Shown: positions 56,975 to 64,000 of the stretch, piece after piece
How positions within the stretch are numbered: position 1 is the first letter of the stretch
How the letters are laid out: each line of letters opens with the position of its first letter
Assembly: GCA_029973085.1 (NCBI GenBank)
Contig: JARKTN010000084.1
Span: 2,226-66,225, forward strand
Origin: Anaerohalosphaeraceae bacterium
GTDB lineage: Bacteria > Planctomycetota > Phycisphaerae > Sedimentisphaerales > Anaerohalosphaeraceae
Length of the DNA stretch: 64,000 bases
Direction of reading: 5' to 3'
Made by a program: the position numbers and the translations under genes
Notes under the pieces: model-generated
What the model saw: only the letters and a program-made list of their open reading frames with translations
Told to the model about the DNA's origin: nothing
Databases searched by the model: none

Positions 56975-56996
56975 AGCCGCTCTTTTTCGAGCGGCT
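56975..56996 (+). terminator. Candidate terminator hairpin after serA
   Basis: An 8-bp stem pairs AGCCGCTC (56975-56982) with GAGCGGCT (56989-56996). The T-run begins only 6 nt after the stem, so this is a weak call. Confidence 0.35.
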
Positions 56997-57027
56997 GGGC
57001 GGTTTTTACAGATTGAGGAGCGCCTGG

Positions 57028-58737
57028 ATGGCCGTAAAAAAAAGCAGGGATGAGAAACAACTTCAGTTTACCTTTGAGCAGCCGCAGCAGGCCGCAGAAT
57101 CCCCGACAGATGCCGAATCCAGGCCGCAAGTCCCTGCCGGGCGTAAGCAAAAAGCCGCGCCTGCCACAGCCGAATCCATGTCTGCCAAGCAGCGGGATAT
57201 CAGCGTCAGCGAATTTTTTGCAAAAAACCGACATCTGCTCGGCTTTGATAACCCGCGCAAGGCGCTGCTGACGGCCGTCAAAGAAGCCGTGGACAATTCG
57301 CTGGATGCCTGTGAAGAAGCCCAGATTCTGCCGGATTTGCAAATCCTGATTAAGCCCGCAAACGGAGCGGAAAACAAATTCATTTTGACCGTTCAGGACA
57401 ACGGCCCGGGAATTGTCGGCGCCCAGGTGCCCAATATTTTTGCGCGTCTTCTGTACGGCAGCAAGTTCCATACTCTGAAAATGAGCCGCGGTCAGCAGGG
57501 TATCGGCATCAGCGCCGCCGGTATGTATGGTCTGCTGACAACCGGCGAACCGGTCCAGATTATTACCCGTACCAGCTCCAAAAAGAAGGCCCGATGCTAT
57601 CATGTTCAGATCGACACAACTCGCAACAAGCCCGATGTAATTATGGATCAGGAGTGCGACTTTGAACTTTCCACCGGAACCCGCGTGACGATCACGCTCG
57701 AAGGGCGGTACCAAAAAGGCAGACAAAGTGTCGATGAGTACATCACCCAGGCCGCAATGGCCAATCCCCACGCAAAGATTCTTTACCAATCTCCGGACGG
57801 GCAGACAACCGAGTATCCGCGGAGAACCAAAGAACTGCCGTTTATTCCGATTGAAGTCAAGCCGCATCCGTATGGCGTGGAACTGGGCGTGTTGTATAAA
57901 ATGGCCCGTGAAAGCAAAACCAAAACGCTTCGTGAGTTTCTGCGGTCGGAATTTTCTCGGATCAGCGATCGGCTGGCTGAAGATATTTCAAAAAAAGCCA
58001 AATTATCTGTGCGCCTCAAGCCGGACAAATTAACGCTGAAAGAAGCGGAGGCCCTGCATGCGGCGATCGGTCAGAGCAAAATTATGGCCCCTCCGACCGA
58101 CTGTATCGGCCCAATAGGCGAAGAAAAGCTGATCGAGGGAATCCGTCGCGTGGTGCAGGCCGAATTTGACGCCAGCTGCACCCGCAAACCTGCCGTGTAT
58201 CGGGGCAATCCCTTTCTGGTCGAGGCGGCGCTGGCCTATGGGTTTAAGGATGAAAATTCAGAAGAAAACGGCGAGGATAAAGAACCTATGCTCCGGCTGG
58301 TGCGCTTTGCCAATCGGGTTCCGCTGCTCTACCAGCAGTCCGCCTGTGCTATTTATAAAGCGGTTCTGGAAACCTCTTGGCGAAACTACGGAATCAGCCA
58401 AAGCCGGGGCGCCCTGCCTAATGGCCCAATTCTTTTGATGGTTCATATCGCTTCCGTCTGGGTGCCGTTTACCTCCGAAAGCAAGGAGGCGGTTGCCCAC
58501 TATCCGGAAATCATCAAAGAAATCAAACTGGCGATCCAGGAATGCGGGCGAAAACTGGGCCTGCATGTCCGCCGACAAAAACGGATTCGCGCGGAAATGG
58601 TCAAACGAGGATATATCGAGACCTATTTGCCGTATATCGGCCAGGCCCTGCAGGATATTCTGGTACTCAAGGACAGCCAGGTCCAGGATGTGGAAAAGAA
58701 ACTGAAATTGATTCTCGAAAAGACTCGTTCGATCTAA
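57028..58737 (+). CDS. top6B: DNA topoisomerase VI subunit B
   Basis: ISVSEFFAKNRHLLGFDNPRKAL, EAVDNSLDACEE (N-box), VQDNGPGI (G1) and KMSRGQQGIGISAA (G2), followed by H2TH and transducer regions. The ATG at 57028 is preceded by GAGGAG. Confidence 0.85.
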   Translation: MAVKKSRDEKQLQFTFEQPQQAAESPTDAESRPQVPAGRKQKAAPATAESMSAKQRDISVSEFFAKNRHLLGFDNPRKALLTAVKEAVDNSLDACEEAQILPDLQILIKPANGAENKFILTVQDNGPGIVGAQVPNIFARLLYGSKFHTLKMSRGQQGIGISAAGMYGLLTTGEPVQIITRTSSKKKARCYHVQIDTTRNKPDVIMDQECDFELSTGTRVTITLEGRYQKGRQSVDEYITQAAMANPHAKILYQSPDGQTTEYPRRTKELPFIPIEVKPHPYGVELGVLYKMARESKTKTLREFLRSEFSRISDRLAEDISKKAKLSVRLKPDKLTLKEAEALHAAIGQSKIMAPPTDCIGPIGEEKLIEGIRRVVQAEFDASCTRKPAVYRGNPFLVEAALAYGFKDENSEENGEDKEPMLRLVRFANRVPLLYQQSACAIYKAVLETSWRNYGISQSRGALPNGPILLMVHIASVWVPFTSESKEAVAHYPEIIKEIKLAIQECGRKLGLHVRRQKRIRAEMVKRGYIETYLPYIGQALQDILVLKDSQVQDVEKKLKLILEKTRSI

Positions 58738-58860
58738 AGTACCCGACATCTATATTTTATGCGATGGAGGATAGGCAATGTCCTCCGGTCAGGTTATAAT
58801 GAATGGATCGAAAGAAACCGCCTTCTGAGAAGCCGACTTAAAAAAAAGAGTTCAATCAAT

Positions 58861-60243
58861 ATGGCGCAGGAATTGATTATCAGCATCAGCGGAATGCGTG
58901 GATTGGTGGGAGAAAATATGTTCCCGGAGACGGCCCTCGCCTATGGAGCGGCATTCGGAACATTTCTGCAGGAACAGAAGCCCGACGGTCAAGAACGGCC
59001 CGTTGTCGCCATAGGTCGCGATTCGAGGCCCAGCGGAGCGATGTTTGTCGCTGCGATTGCCGCCGGCCTCTGCGGATCGGGAGTAGATGTAATAGACCTG
59101 GGTATCTGTTCAACTCCGGCGGTTGGGATTATGCTCCGGCATCTGGGCTGTCAGGGCGGGGTGGTTATCACAGCCAGCCATAATCCGATTGAATACAACG
59201 GGATTAAACTTCTGCTGGATAACGGGATCGCCCCGCCCAAGCCGCTGGCTGAACAAATCCGCCGACGATTTCTTGAAAAGAAAATCCGCTACTGCGATGC
59301 TCTCCATTGCGGTAAAGTGGAGTTAAACAATCAGGCCGTTTCGGTGCACGTTCAAAAGTCGCTTGCAATAGTCGATCCGGCTAAAATCGCCGCCCGAAAA
59401 TACACGGTTGTTCTGGACAGCGCCAACGGAGCCGGAGGTCAGGAAGGAAAAGCTCTTCTTGAAGCCCTCGGCTGCCGGGTAATTGGGATGAACCTTGAGC
59501 CGACCGGCCTGTTCGCCCATAATCCCGAGCCCACCCGGGAAAACCTGACTCAACTTTGCGAAGCCGTCAAACAGGCCGGGGCTGATTTGGGCTTCGCACA
59601 GGATCCGGATGCAGACCGACTGGCTATTGTGGATTCGGCAGGCGAATACATTGGTGAGGAATACTCGCTGGCCTTGGCGGCGGTACTTCGATTCCGCCAG
59701 CAGCCCGGCGGCAAGGCAGCTGCGAATCTGTCTACTTCGCGGATGATTGACGACATCGCCGCACAAACCGCAGGCACAGTAATACGAACCCCCGTAGGCG
59801 AGGCCAATGTGGCAGAGGCCATGATTGAGCATCAGTGCATCATCGGCGGCGAAGGCAATGGAGGTGTTATCGATCTTCGCGTCGGACCGATCCGCGACAG
59901 TCTGGTAGGAATGGCCCTGACCCTGCAACTGATGGCCGAGACCGGTAAGTCCATCCGCGACCTGGTACAGGAAATCGGCCGCTATGAAATGGTCAAGACC
60001 AAATACTCGGCCAATGCCGAACAGGCCGCGCAAATTATAGAAGAAACCAAACGGCGGTACCCAAAGGCCAGATCGAATGAATCGGACGGGTGCAGACTGG
60101 ATCTGGCGGACGGATGGATCCACATTCGCACCAGCAACACCGAACCGATTATCCGGGTGATTTTTGAGTCGCGCGATCCGAAGATTGCGGCAGATTATCA
60201 AAAACAGATGGCGGAGATCTGTCATCGGATTTTGAATTCATGA
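58861..60243 (+). CDS. Phosphohexomutase (phosphoglucosamine mutase / phosphomannomutase-like)
   Basis: ISGMRGLVGE, active-site ITASHNPIEYNGIK, Mg site FAQDPDADRL and GGEGNGG. I chose the ATG at 58861. Confidence 0.85.
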   Translation: MAQELIISISGMRGLVGENMFPETALAYGAAFGTFLQEQKPDGQERPVVAIGRDSRPSGAMFVAAIAAGLCGSGVDVIDLGICSTPAVGIMLRHLGCQGGVVITASHNPIEYNGIKLLLDNGIAPPKPLAEQIRRRFLEKKIRYCDALHCGKVELNNQAVSVHVQKSLAIVDPAKIAARKYTVVLDSANGAGGQEGKALLEALGCRVIGMNLEPTGLFAHNPEPTRENLTQLCEAVKQAGADLGFAQDPDADRLAIVDSAGEYIGEEYSLALAAVLRFRQQPGGKAAANLSTSRMIDDIAAQTAGTVIRTPVGEANVAEAMIEHQCIIGGEGNGGVIDLRVGPIRDSLVGMALTLQLMAETGKSIRDLVQEIGRYEMVKTKYSANAEQAAQIIEETKRRYPKARSNESDGCRLDLADGWIHIRTSNTEPIIRVIFESRDPKIAADYQKQMAEICHRILNS

Positions 60244-61154
60244 ACAATTCGGCAAAAGATCGAGATAATCGGGATATCCGGTTTGTCACCTGGCTTGGGA
60301 TTTATATCAATATTTTTTTATCCGTTCTAAAGGGCATTGTCGGCTTTGCCGTCGGATCCATGGGGCTTTTCGCCGATGGTATTCACTCGCTGTCAGATCT
60401 GGCTACGGATGCGGCTGTGCTTTTGGGAATTCGCTACGGATCAAAAGAGCCGGACCTGGAGCATCCCTTTGGGCACGGTCGAATTGAAACCCTCAGCGCA
60501 ATGATCGTTTCGGTTATCCTGGCCGTTGTCGGCGCCGGAATGATTTACGCTGCTTCGGTGAAAATCGTTAACGTAACCCGGATCGGACAGAAGAGCATAA
60601 CTATCTCCACATCAGTTATTTGGGTCGCCTTTTTGTCCGTATTCTTAAAGGAAGTTCTCTACCAGATCACCCGCATCACAGCCCTCCGCTGCCACAGCGC
60701 AGCGGTCTATGCCAACGCCTGGCATCATCGCAGCGACGCATTCAGCTCCGTAGCCGTTATCATTGGAGCGACGGCGGTTCGTTTTTTTAACTATCCTCAC
60801 GGGGATCAGTTGGCGGCAATTGCCGTCGGACTGATGATTATCTTTGTGGCGATTCGGATTTTTGGCGATTGCATCGGCGAGATCAGCGAACGAGCTGTGG
60901 ATCAGCAAACCATCCGACAAATTGAAACAATCCTGTCCGATCAGCCGCAGATCAGCCAGTGGCATAAACTTCGCACGCGCAGCGTCGGCCGCGAAATCTT
61001 TCTGGATGTTCACATTCTTGTAAATCCGGAGTTAAAAATCACCGAGGCCCACGCCGTTTCGGATAAACTCGAAACAGCTTTGCAGACCCAACTCACTCGA
61101 CCGGTCAATGTTATGGTGCATATTGAACCCGATCTGCCCGAACTGCGGCGTTAG
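60240..61154 (+). CDS. Cation diffusion facilitator family transporter
   Basis: Six TM segments, with HSLSDLATD and HHRSDAFSS metal-site motifs and a C-terminal cytoplasmic domain. An ATGA overlap links it to the preceding gene. Confidence 0.85.
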   Translation: MNNSAKDRDNRDIRFVTWLGIYINIFLSVLKGIVGFAVGSMGLFADGIHSLSDLATDAAVLLGIRYGSKEPDLEHPFGHGRIETLSAMIVSVILAVVGAGMIYAASVKIVNVTRIGQKSITISTSVIWVAFLSVFLKEVLYQITRITALRCHSAAVYANAWHHRSDAFSSVAVIIGATAVRFFNYPHGDQLAAIAVGLMIIFVAIRIFGDCIGEISERAVDQQTIRQIETILSDQPQISQWHKLRTRSVGREIFLDVHILVNPELKITEAHAVSDKLETALQTQLTRPVNVMVHIEPDLPELRR

Positions 61155-61531
61155 AGACCTTCCATCAAGATCGGCCGACGAAGAATCCATTGATTTTGAT
61201 CCTGACGGATTAACTCGAACCGGCCGGATAAAATTGATCCGTTCAATTCAAAAAGCAGCGTCTGTACCGACCGGTCAAGAAGCAAATATTCCCCTGCATC
61301 CGCTCTTTGGACCTGCCCTGTATTCTTCTGCACCGGCCCCTCATAAGTCAAAAAGCGATGCGAATGATCTGCAATTTGTTCGGCATAAACCGGCGTCGTA
61401 CCGATTTGATCGGGCGGAACTGAAAGCCGCCAGGTCCACAGAACGCCCCTTCCCTCCAGCATCAAATCCCAATGGATTCCAGAAGCGGTCATATGTCGAT
61501 GAATTACAAATTGTTCTGGCTTCTTGTCCAC
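61151..61531 (-). CDS. Stand-alone LigD 3'-phosphoesterase-like (DNA ligase D N-terminal) domain protein
   Basis: FVIHRHMTASGIHWDLMLE...DHSHRFLTYEGPV...GEY...GRFEL resembles the LigD PE-domain pattern (H.H..H.D.RLE ... DHP..Y..FEG). It is short, at 126 aa. Confidence 0.55.
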   Translation of the reverse strand: MDKKPEQFVIHRHMTASGIHWDLMLEGRGVLWTWRLSVPPDQIGTTPVYAEQIADHSHRFLTYEGPVQKNTGQVQRADAGEYLLLDRSVQTLLFELNGSILSGRFELIRQDQNQWILRRPILMEGL

Positions 61532-61570
61532 CCGGCCGGCTCTGCCCTGAAATCTGCAAGTGGAATTCTT

Positions 61571-62563
61571 TTACTGGGCCTGTATGGCGGTAATGGCGGC
61601 CCCCGCCACAATTTCCTCGGTCGTACAGCCGCGGGAAAGGTCGTTAACCGGATGGGCCAGGCCTTGCAGAATAGGCCCATACGCCTCAAAATTACACAGA
61701 CGCTGGACGGCCTTGTAGCACAGGTTGCCCGCCTCCAGATTCGGAAAGATAAAAATCGTGGCCTGCCCTTTGAGAGGACTGACTGGGCATTTGATCTTGG
61801 CCACCTCGGGCACAAAGGCCGCGTCAAACTGCAATTCTCCGTCTACAATAATCTGGCTGCCAAAGCCAAAGAGGGTTCCAATCTTATCCCGCGTCCGCTC
61901 TGTGGCCTGGGCAATCTTAATGGCCCGTTCGGATTTGGCCGATCCTTTGGTGGAGTAAGAGAGCATAGCAATCCGAGCCGGTATGCCGAACTGATGAGCG
62001 GTGATGGCAGTAGCAATGGCAATATCGGACAACTGAGCAATAGTCGGATCTTCCACAAGGCCGCAATCGGCAAAAAGATAGGTTTCCTCCCCTCGACACA
62101 TAAAAAACATGCTCGAAATGGTCGTAAATCCTTCTGCCGGACGAATAATCTGAAGGGCCGGACGAATCATATCAGCCGAGGCGTAAACGGCCCCCCCTAC
62201 CAGACCGTCTGCATCTCGGCATTTGACCATCATGGTTCCAAAATAAATATTATCTTCAACAGTTCGCTGGGCCGCCTCAAGCGTAACGCCTTTGGCCTTG
62301 CGGATTTCATAAAGCCGCTGCCCATACAAATGGCGGTTTTCGGCGGTTTTGGGGTCGATAATCCGAATCGAATCCACCGGTGCACCGATCTCCTTCAGTT
62401 CAGCGGCTATCTGGTCAACCTGCCCAAGAACCACTATTTGAGCAACTTTGCGTTCCGTTAAAATTTTGGCAGCCGTAAGGACTCGCTTATCCGATCCTTC
62501 TCCCAAGACGATCGTTTTATTTAAAGCGGAAGCCCTTTGAATCAATTTGTCATAAAAACTCAT
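61571..62563 (-). CDS. pta: Phosphate acetyltransferase
   Basis: MSFYDKLIQRASALNKTIVLGEGSDKRVL..., DGLVGGAVYASADMIRPALQII and HPVNDLSRGCTTEEIV. I chose the ATG at 62563, which has AAAGGAAAAAA upstream. Confidence 0.85.
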   Translation of the reverse strand: MSFYDKLIQRASALNKTIVLGEGSDKRVLTAAKILTERKVAQIVVLGQVDQIAAELKEIGAPVDSIRIIDPKTAENRHLYGQRLYEIRKAKGVTLEAAQRTVEDNIYFGTMMVKCRDADGLVGGAVYASADMIRPALQIIRPAEGFTTISSMFFMCRGEETYLFADCGLVEDPTIAQLSDIAIATAITAHQFGIPARIAMLSYSTKGSAKSERAIKIAQATERTRDKIGTLFGFGSQIIVDGELQFDAAFVPEVAKIKCPVSPLKGQATIFIFPNLEAGNLCYKAVQRLCNFEAYGPILQGLAHPVNDLSRGCTTEEIVAGAAITAIQAQ

Positions 62564-62622
62564 GGAACTTTTTTCCTTTGATAGGATTTTATTGCTGTTT
62601 TTGGATACGGCAAACAAACCAT

Positions 62623-62696
62623 TACGCCTGAAGGGATTCGAACCCCTAACCTTCGGTTCCGTAGACCGATGCTCTCTCCAGTTGAGCTACAGGCGC
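62623..62696 (-). tRNA. tRNA-Arg (anticodon ACG)
   Basis: Hand-folded cloverleaf on the minus strand: GCGCCTG TA GCTC AACTGGAGA GAGC A TCGGT CTACGGA ACCGA AGGTT AGGGG TTCGAAT CCCTT CAGGCGT A. The D and anticodon stems pair perfectly; the T stem has one G-T wobble. The T-loop is TTCGAAT. The first acceptor pair is a G1-U72 wobble, and no CCA is encoded. Confidence 0.8.
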
Positions 62697-62888
62697 AACA
62701 AAAAAAACATCCCGGCTGACAGCGTTCTTCATCCGGAAAAGGTCTTTGCCGCACTTTACATACACGCTGCGGTTTTTTCAAGTAAATTTCCTGAACTGAA
62801 CTGCGTATTTAATCGGCAGATACGATAATCCACTTTTCTTGATCTGGACTCTTGTATCCTATCGTTAGGCAAGTATAATAACTGCAAG

Positions 62889-64000
62889 GTGGAAAAAGAC
62901 TTAAAGAATTCCGTCGGAATCGTCCAGACACAGACCTTGCGTGTGGTCAGTGCCGATGACCCCCTTGTGCTTAAATCCGGCAAAACTCTGGGGCCAATTG
63001 ATGTGGCCTATGAGACCTACGGCATCCTCAATTCGGACTGCGACAACGTGGTCCTGATCTGCCATGCCCTCAGTGGAGATGCCCACGTGGCCGGCTATAG
63101 CAGCCCCCACGACCGCAAACCCGGCTGGTGGGATATCATGGTCGGCCCCGGCAAACCAATCGATACGGACCGCTATTTTGTTCTCTGTTCCAATATCCTC
63201 GGCGGCTGTCGGGGGACAACCGGTCCTTCGGAAATCAATCCCGCCACCGGACGCCCTTATGGGCTCGAATTTCCAATTATCACCATCGAGGACATCGTCA
63301 AAGTCCAGAAAATCCTGGTCGATGCCCTTGGGATTCGCCGCATCCTCGCAGTCATCGGCGGTTCCATGGGCGGCATGCAGGTTCTGCAATGGGCGATTTC
63401 TTATCCGCAACTGGTTGAATCAGCAATTTGCGTTGCCTCCACGGCGCGCTTGAACGCCCAATCCATCGCCTTTGACGCCGTCGGACGAAACGCCATTTTG
63501 GCCGACCCTAACTTCCATGAAGGTCAGTATCTGGATCAAGACCCTCCGGACAGAGGACTGGCAATCGCCCGGATGATCGGCCATATTACCTATCTGTCGG
63601 AACAATCCATGCGTTCCAAGTTCGGCCGTCAACTTCAGCGAAAAGGGCAGTATAACTATGACTTTAATAGCGAGTTTGCCGTAGAAAGCTATCTGGACTA
63701 TCAGGGACAGACCTTTACCGAACGATTTGACGCCAACAGTTATTTGTATATCACCAAGGCAATGGATTATTTTGATTTGGCCCGTGAATACGGGTCCCTT
63801 CGGCAGGCATTCAGCCATGCCGCACGCCGATTTCTCATTGCCAGTTTCAGTAGCGACTGGCTCTTTACGCCGGAACAGTCTGAAGAAATGGTCTTTGCCC
63901 TTGGCGCCGAGGGCAAAGAAGTGACTTACTGCAATATCCAATCTCCGTACGGACATGATGCGTTTCTTCTGGAAGATCGGGAATTAGGGGCCTTGATTTC
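62889..64000 (+). CDS. metX: Homoserine O-acetyltransferase (3' end runs off the window)
   Basis: Absent from the track because it is edge-truncated. Hand translation: (GTG)EKDLKNSVGIVQTQTLRVVSADDPLVLKSGKTLGPIDVAYETYGILNSDCDNVVLICHALSGDAHVAG...WWDIMVGPGKPIDTDRYFVLCSNILGGCRGTTGPS...AVIGGSMGGMQVLQW. This is the canonical MetX pattern with the GxSxGG nucleophile. The start codon is uncertain. Confidence 0.85.
   Translation, partial: MEKDLKNSVGIVQTQTLRVVSADDPLVLKSGKTLGPIDVAYETYGILNSDCDNVVLICHALSGDAHVAGYSSPHDRKPGWWDIMVGPGKPIDTDRYFVLCSNILGGCRGTTGPSEINPATGRPYGLEFPIITIEDIVKVQKILVDALGIRRILAVIGGSMGGMQVLQWAISYPQLVESAICVASTARLNAQSIAFDAVGRNAILADPNFHEGQYLDQDPPDRGLAIARMIGHITYLSEQSMRSKFGRQLQRKGQYNYDFNSEFAVESYLDYQGQTFTERFDANSYLYITKAMDYFDLAREYGSLRQAFSHAARRFLIASFSSDWLFTPEQSEEMVFALGAEGKEVTYCNIQSPYGHDAFLLEDRELGALI

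Noticed and set aside
56908-57867. 319-aa minus-strand ORF overlapping the top6B 5' half
   Set aside because: It is antisense to a region encoding the conserved GHKL motifs of Top6B. Its composition is Arg/Gly/Cys-rich and there is no plausible ribosome-binding site.
59323-60225. 300-aa minus-strand ORF
   Set aside because: It is antisense to the phosphohexomutase gene, whose plus frame carries TASHNP and DPDADR. It is a shadow ORF.
61472-62461. 329-aa plus-strand ORF
   Set aside because: It is antisense to pta and to the LigD_N-like gene. The minus-strand frame gives a full-length canonical Pta.
62563-62900. Possible integrated element next to tRNA-Arg
   Set aside because: No integrase, direct repeat of the tRNA 3' end or compositional break is visible on either side. 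The flanking genes (pta, metX) are housekeeping.
1-64000. CRISPR arrays, rRNA operons, IS elements, prophage or known defence-system genes
   Set aside because: Scanning the intergenic regions and ORF translations showed no regularly spaced direct repeats, no rRNA-like sequence, and no transposase, integrase or phage structural motifs. A classic restriction, Cas or abortive-infection signature was also absent.

Overview
This is a gene-dense chromosomal segment with about 55 protein-coding genes and one tRNA-Arg(ACG). I saw no rRNA, CRISPR array, transposase or integrase. Coding regions have moderate GC and are separated by a few long AT-rich spacers. The gene content includes a pectate lyase with Ca-binding and dockerin-like tails, FHA and Ser/Thr-kinase signalling, STAS/RsbW partner switching and PilT-type ATPases. 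That mix suggests a PVC-group bacterium (Planctomycetota/Phycisphaerae-like), but this is inference only. Housekeeping genes recognised by motif are folP, pdxB, aspS, mdh, alr, rsmD, serA, pta, metX (3' truncated), an aspartate-type aminotransferase, an IMPase, a phosphohexomutase and a CDF transporter. Two edge-truncated ORFs are missing from the supplied track and were translated by hand: 1-900 (minus) and 62889-64000 (plus). A 41-aa ORF at 38662-38787 was also added by hand. The items most worth a second look are listed here. (1) A PflX-type radical SAM gene whose reading frame continues upstream through a single in-frame TGA that falls where I recall a conserved Cys (selenocysteine candidate). 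(2) A pilT gene followed by a membrane-anchored GspE/PilB-like protein with degenerate catalytic motifs and a CvpA-like membrane protein. (3) A four-gene overlapping operon: polytopic membrane protein, GT2, alanine racemase and a GGCT-fusion protein of unknown function. (4) A topoisomerase VI B subunit with no adjacent A subunit. (5) A two-partner secretion pair whose TpsA ends in a Cys/Pro hinge and an unassigned helical domain. (6) A single-polypeptide EtfB-EtfA fusion coupled to ETF-QO. All functional calls come from reading motifs by eye; no database search was run.
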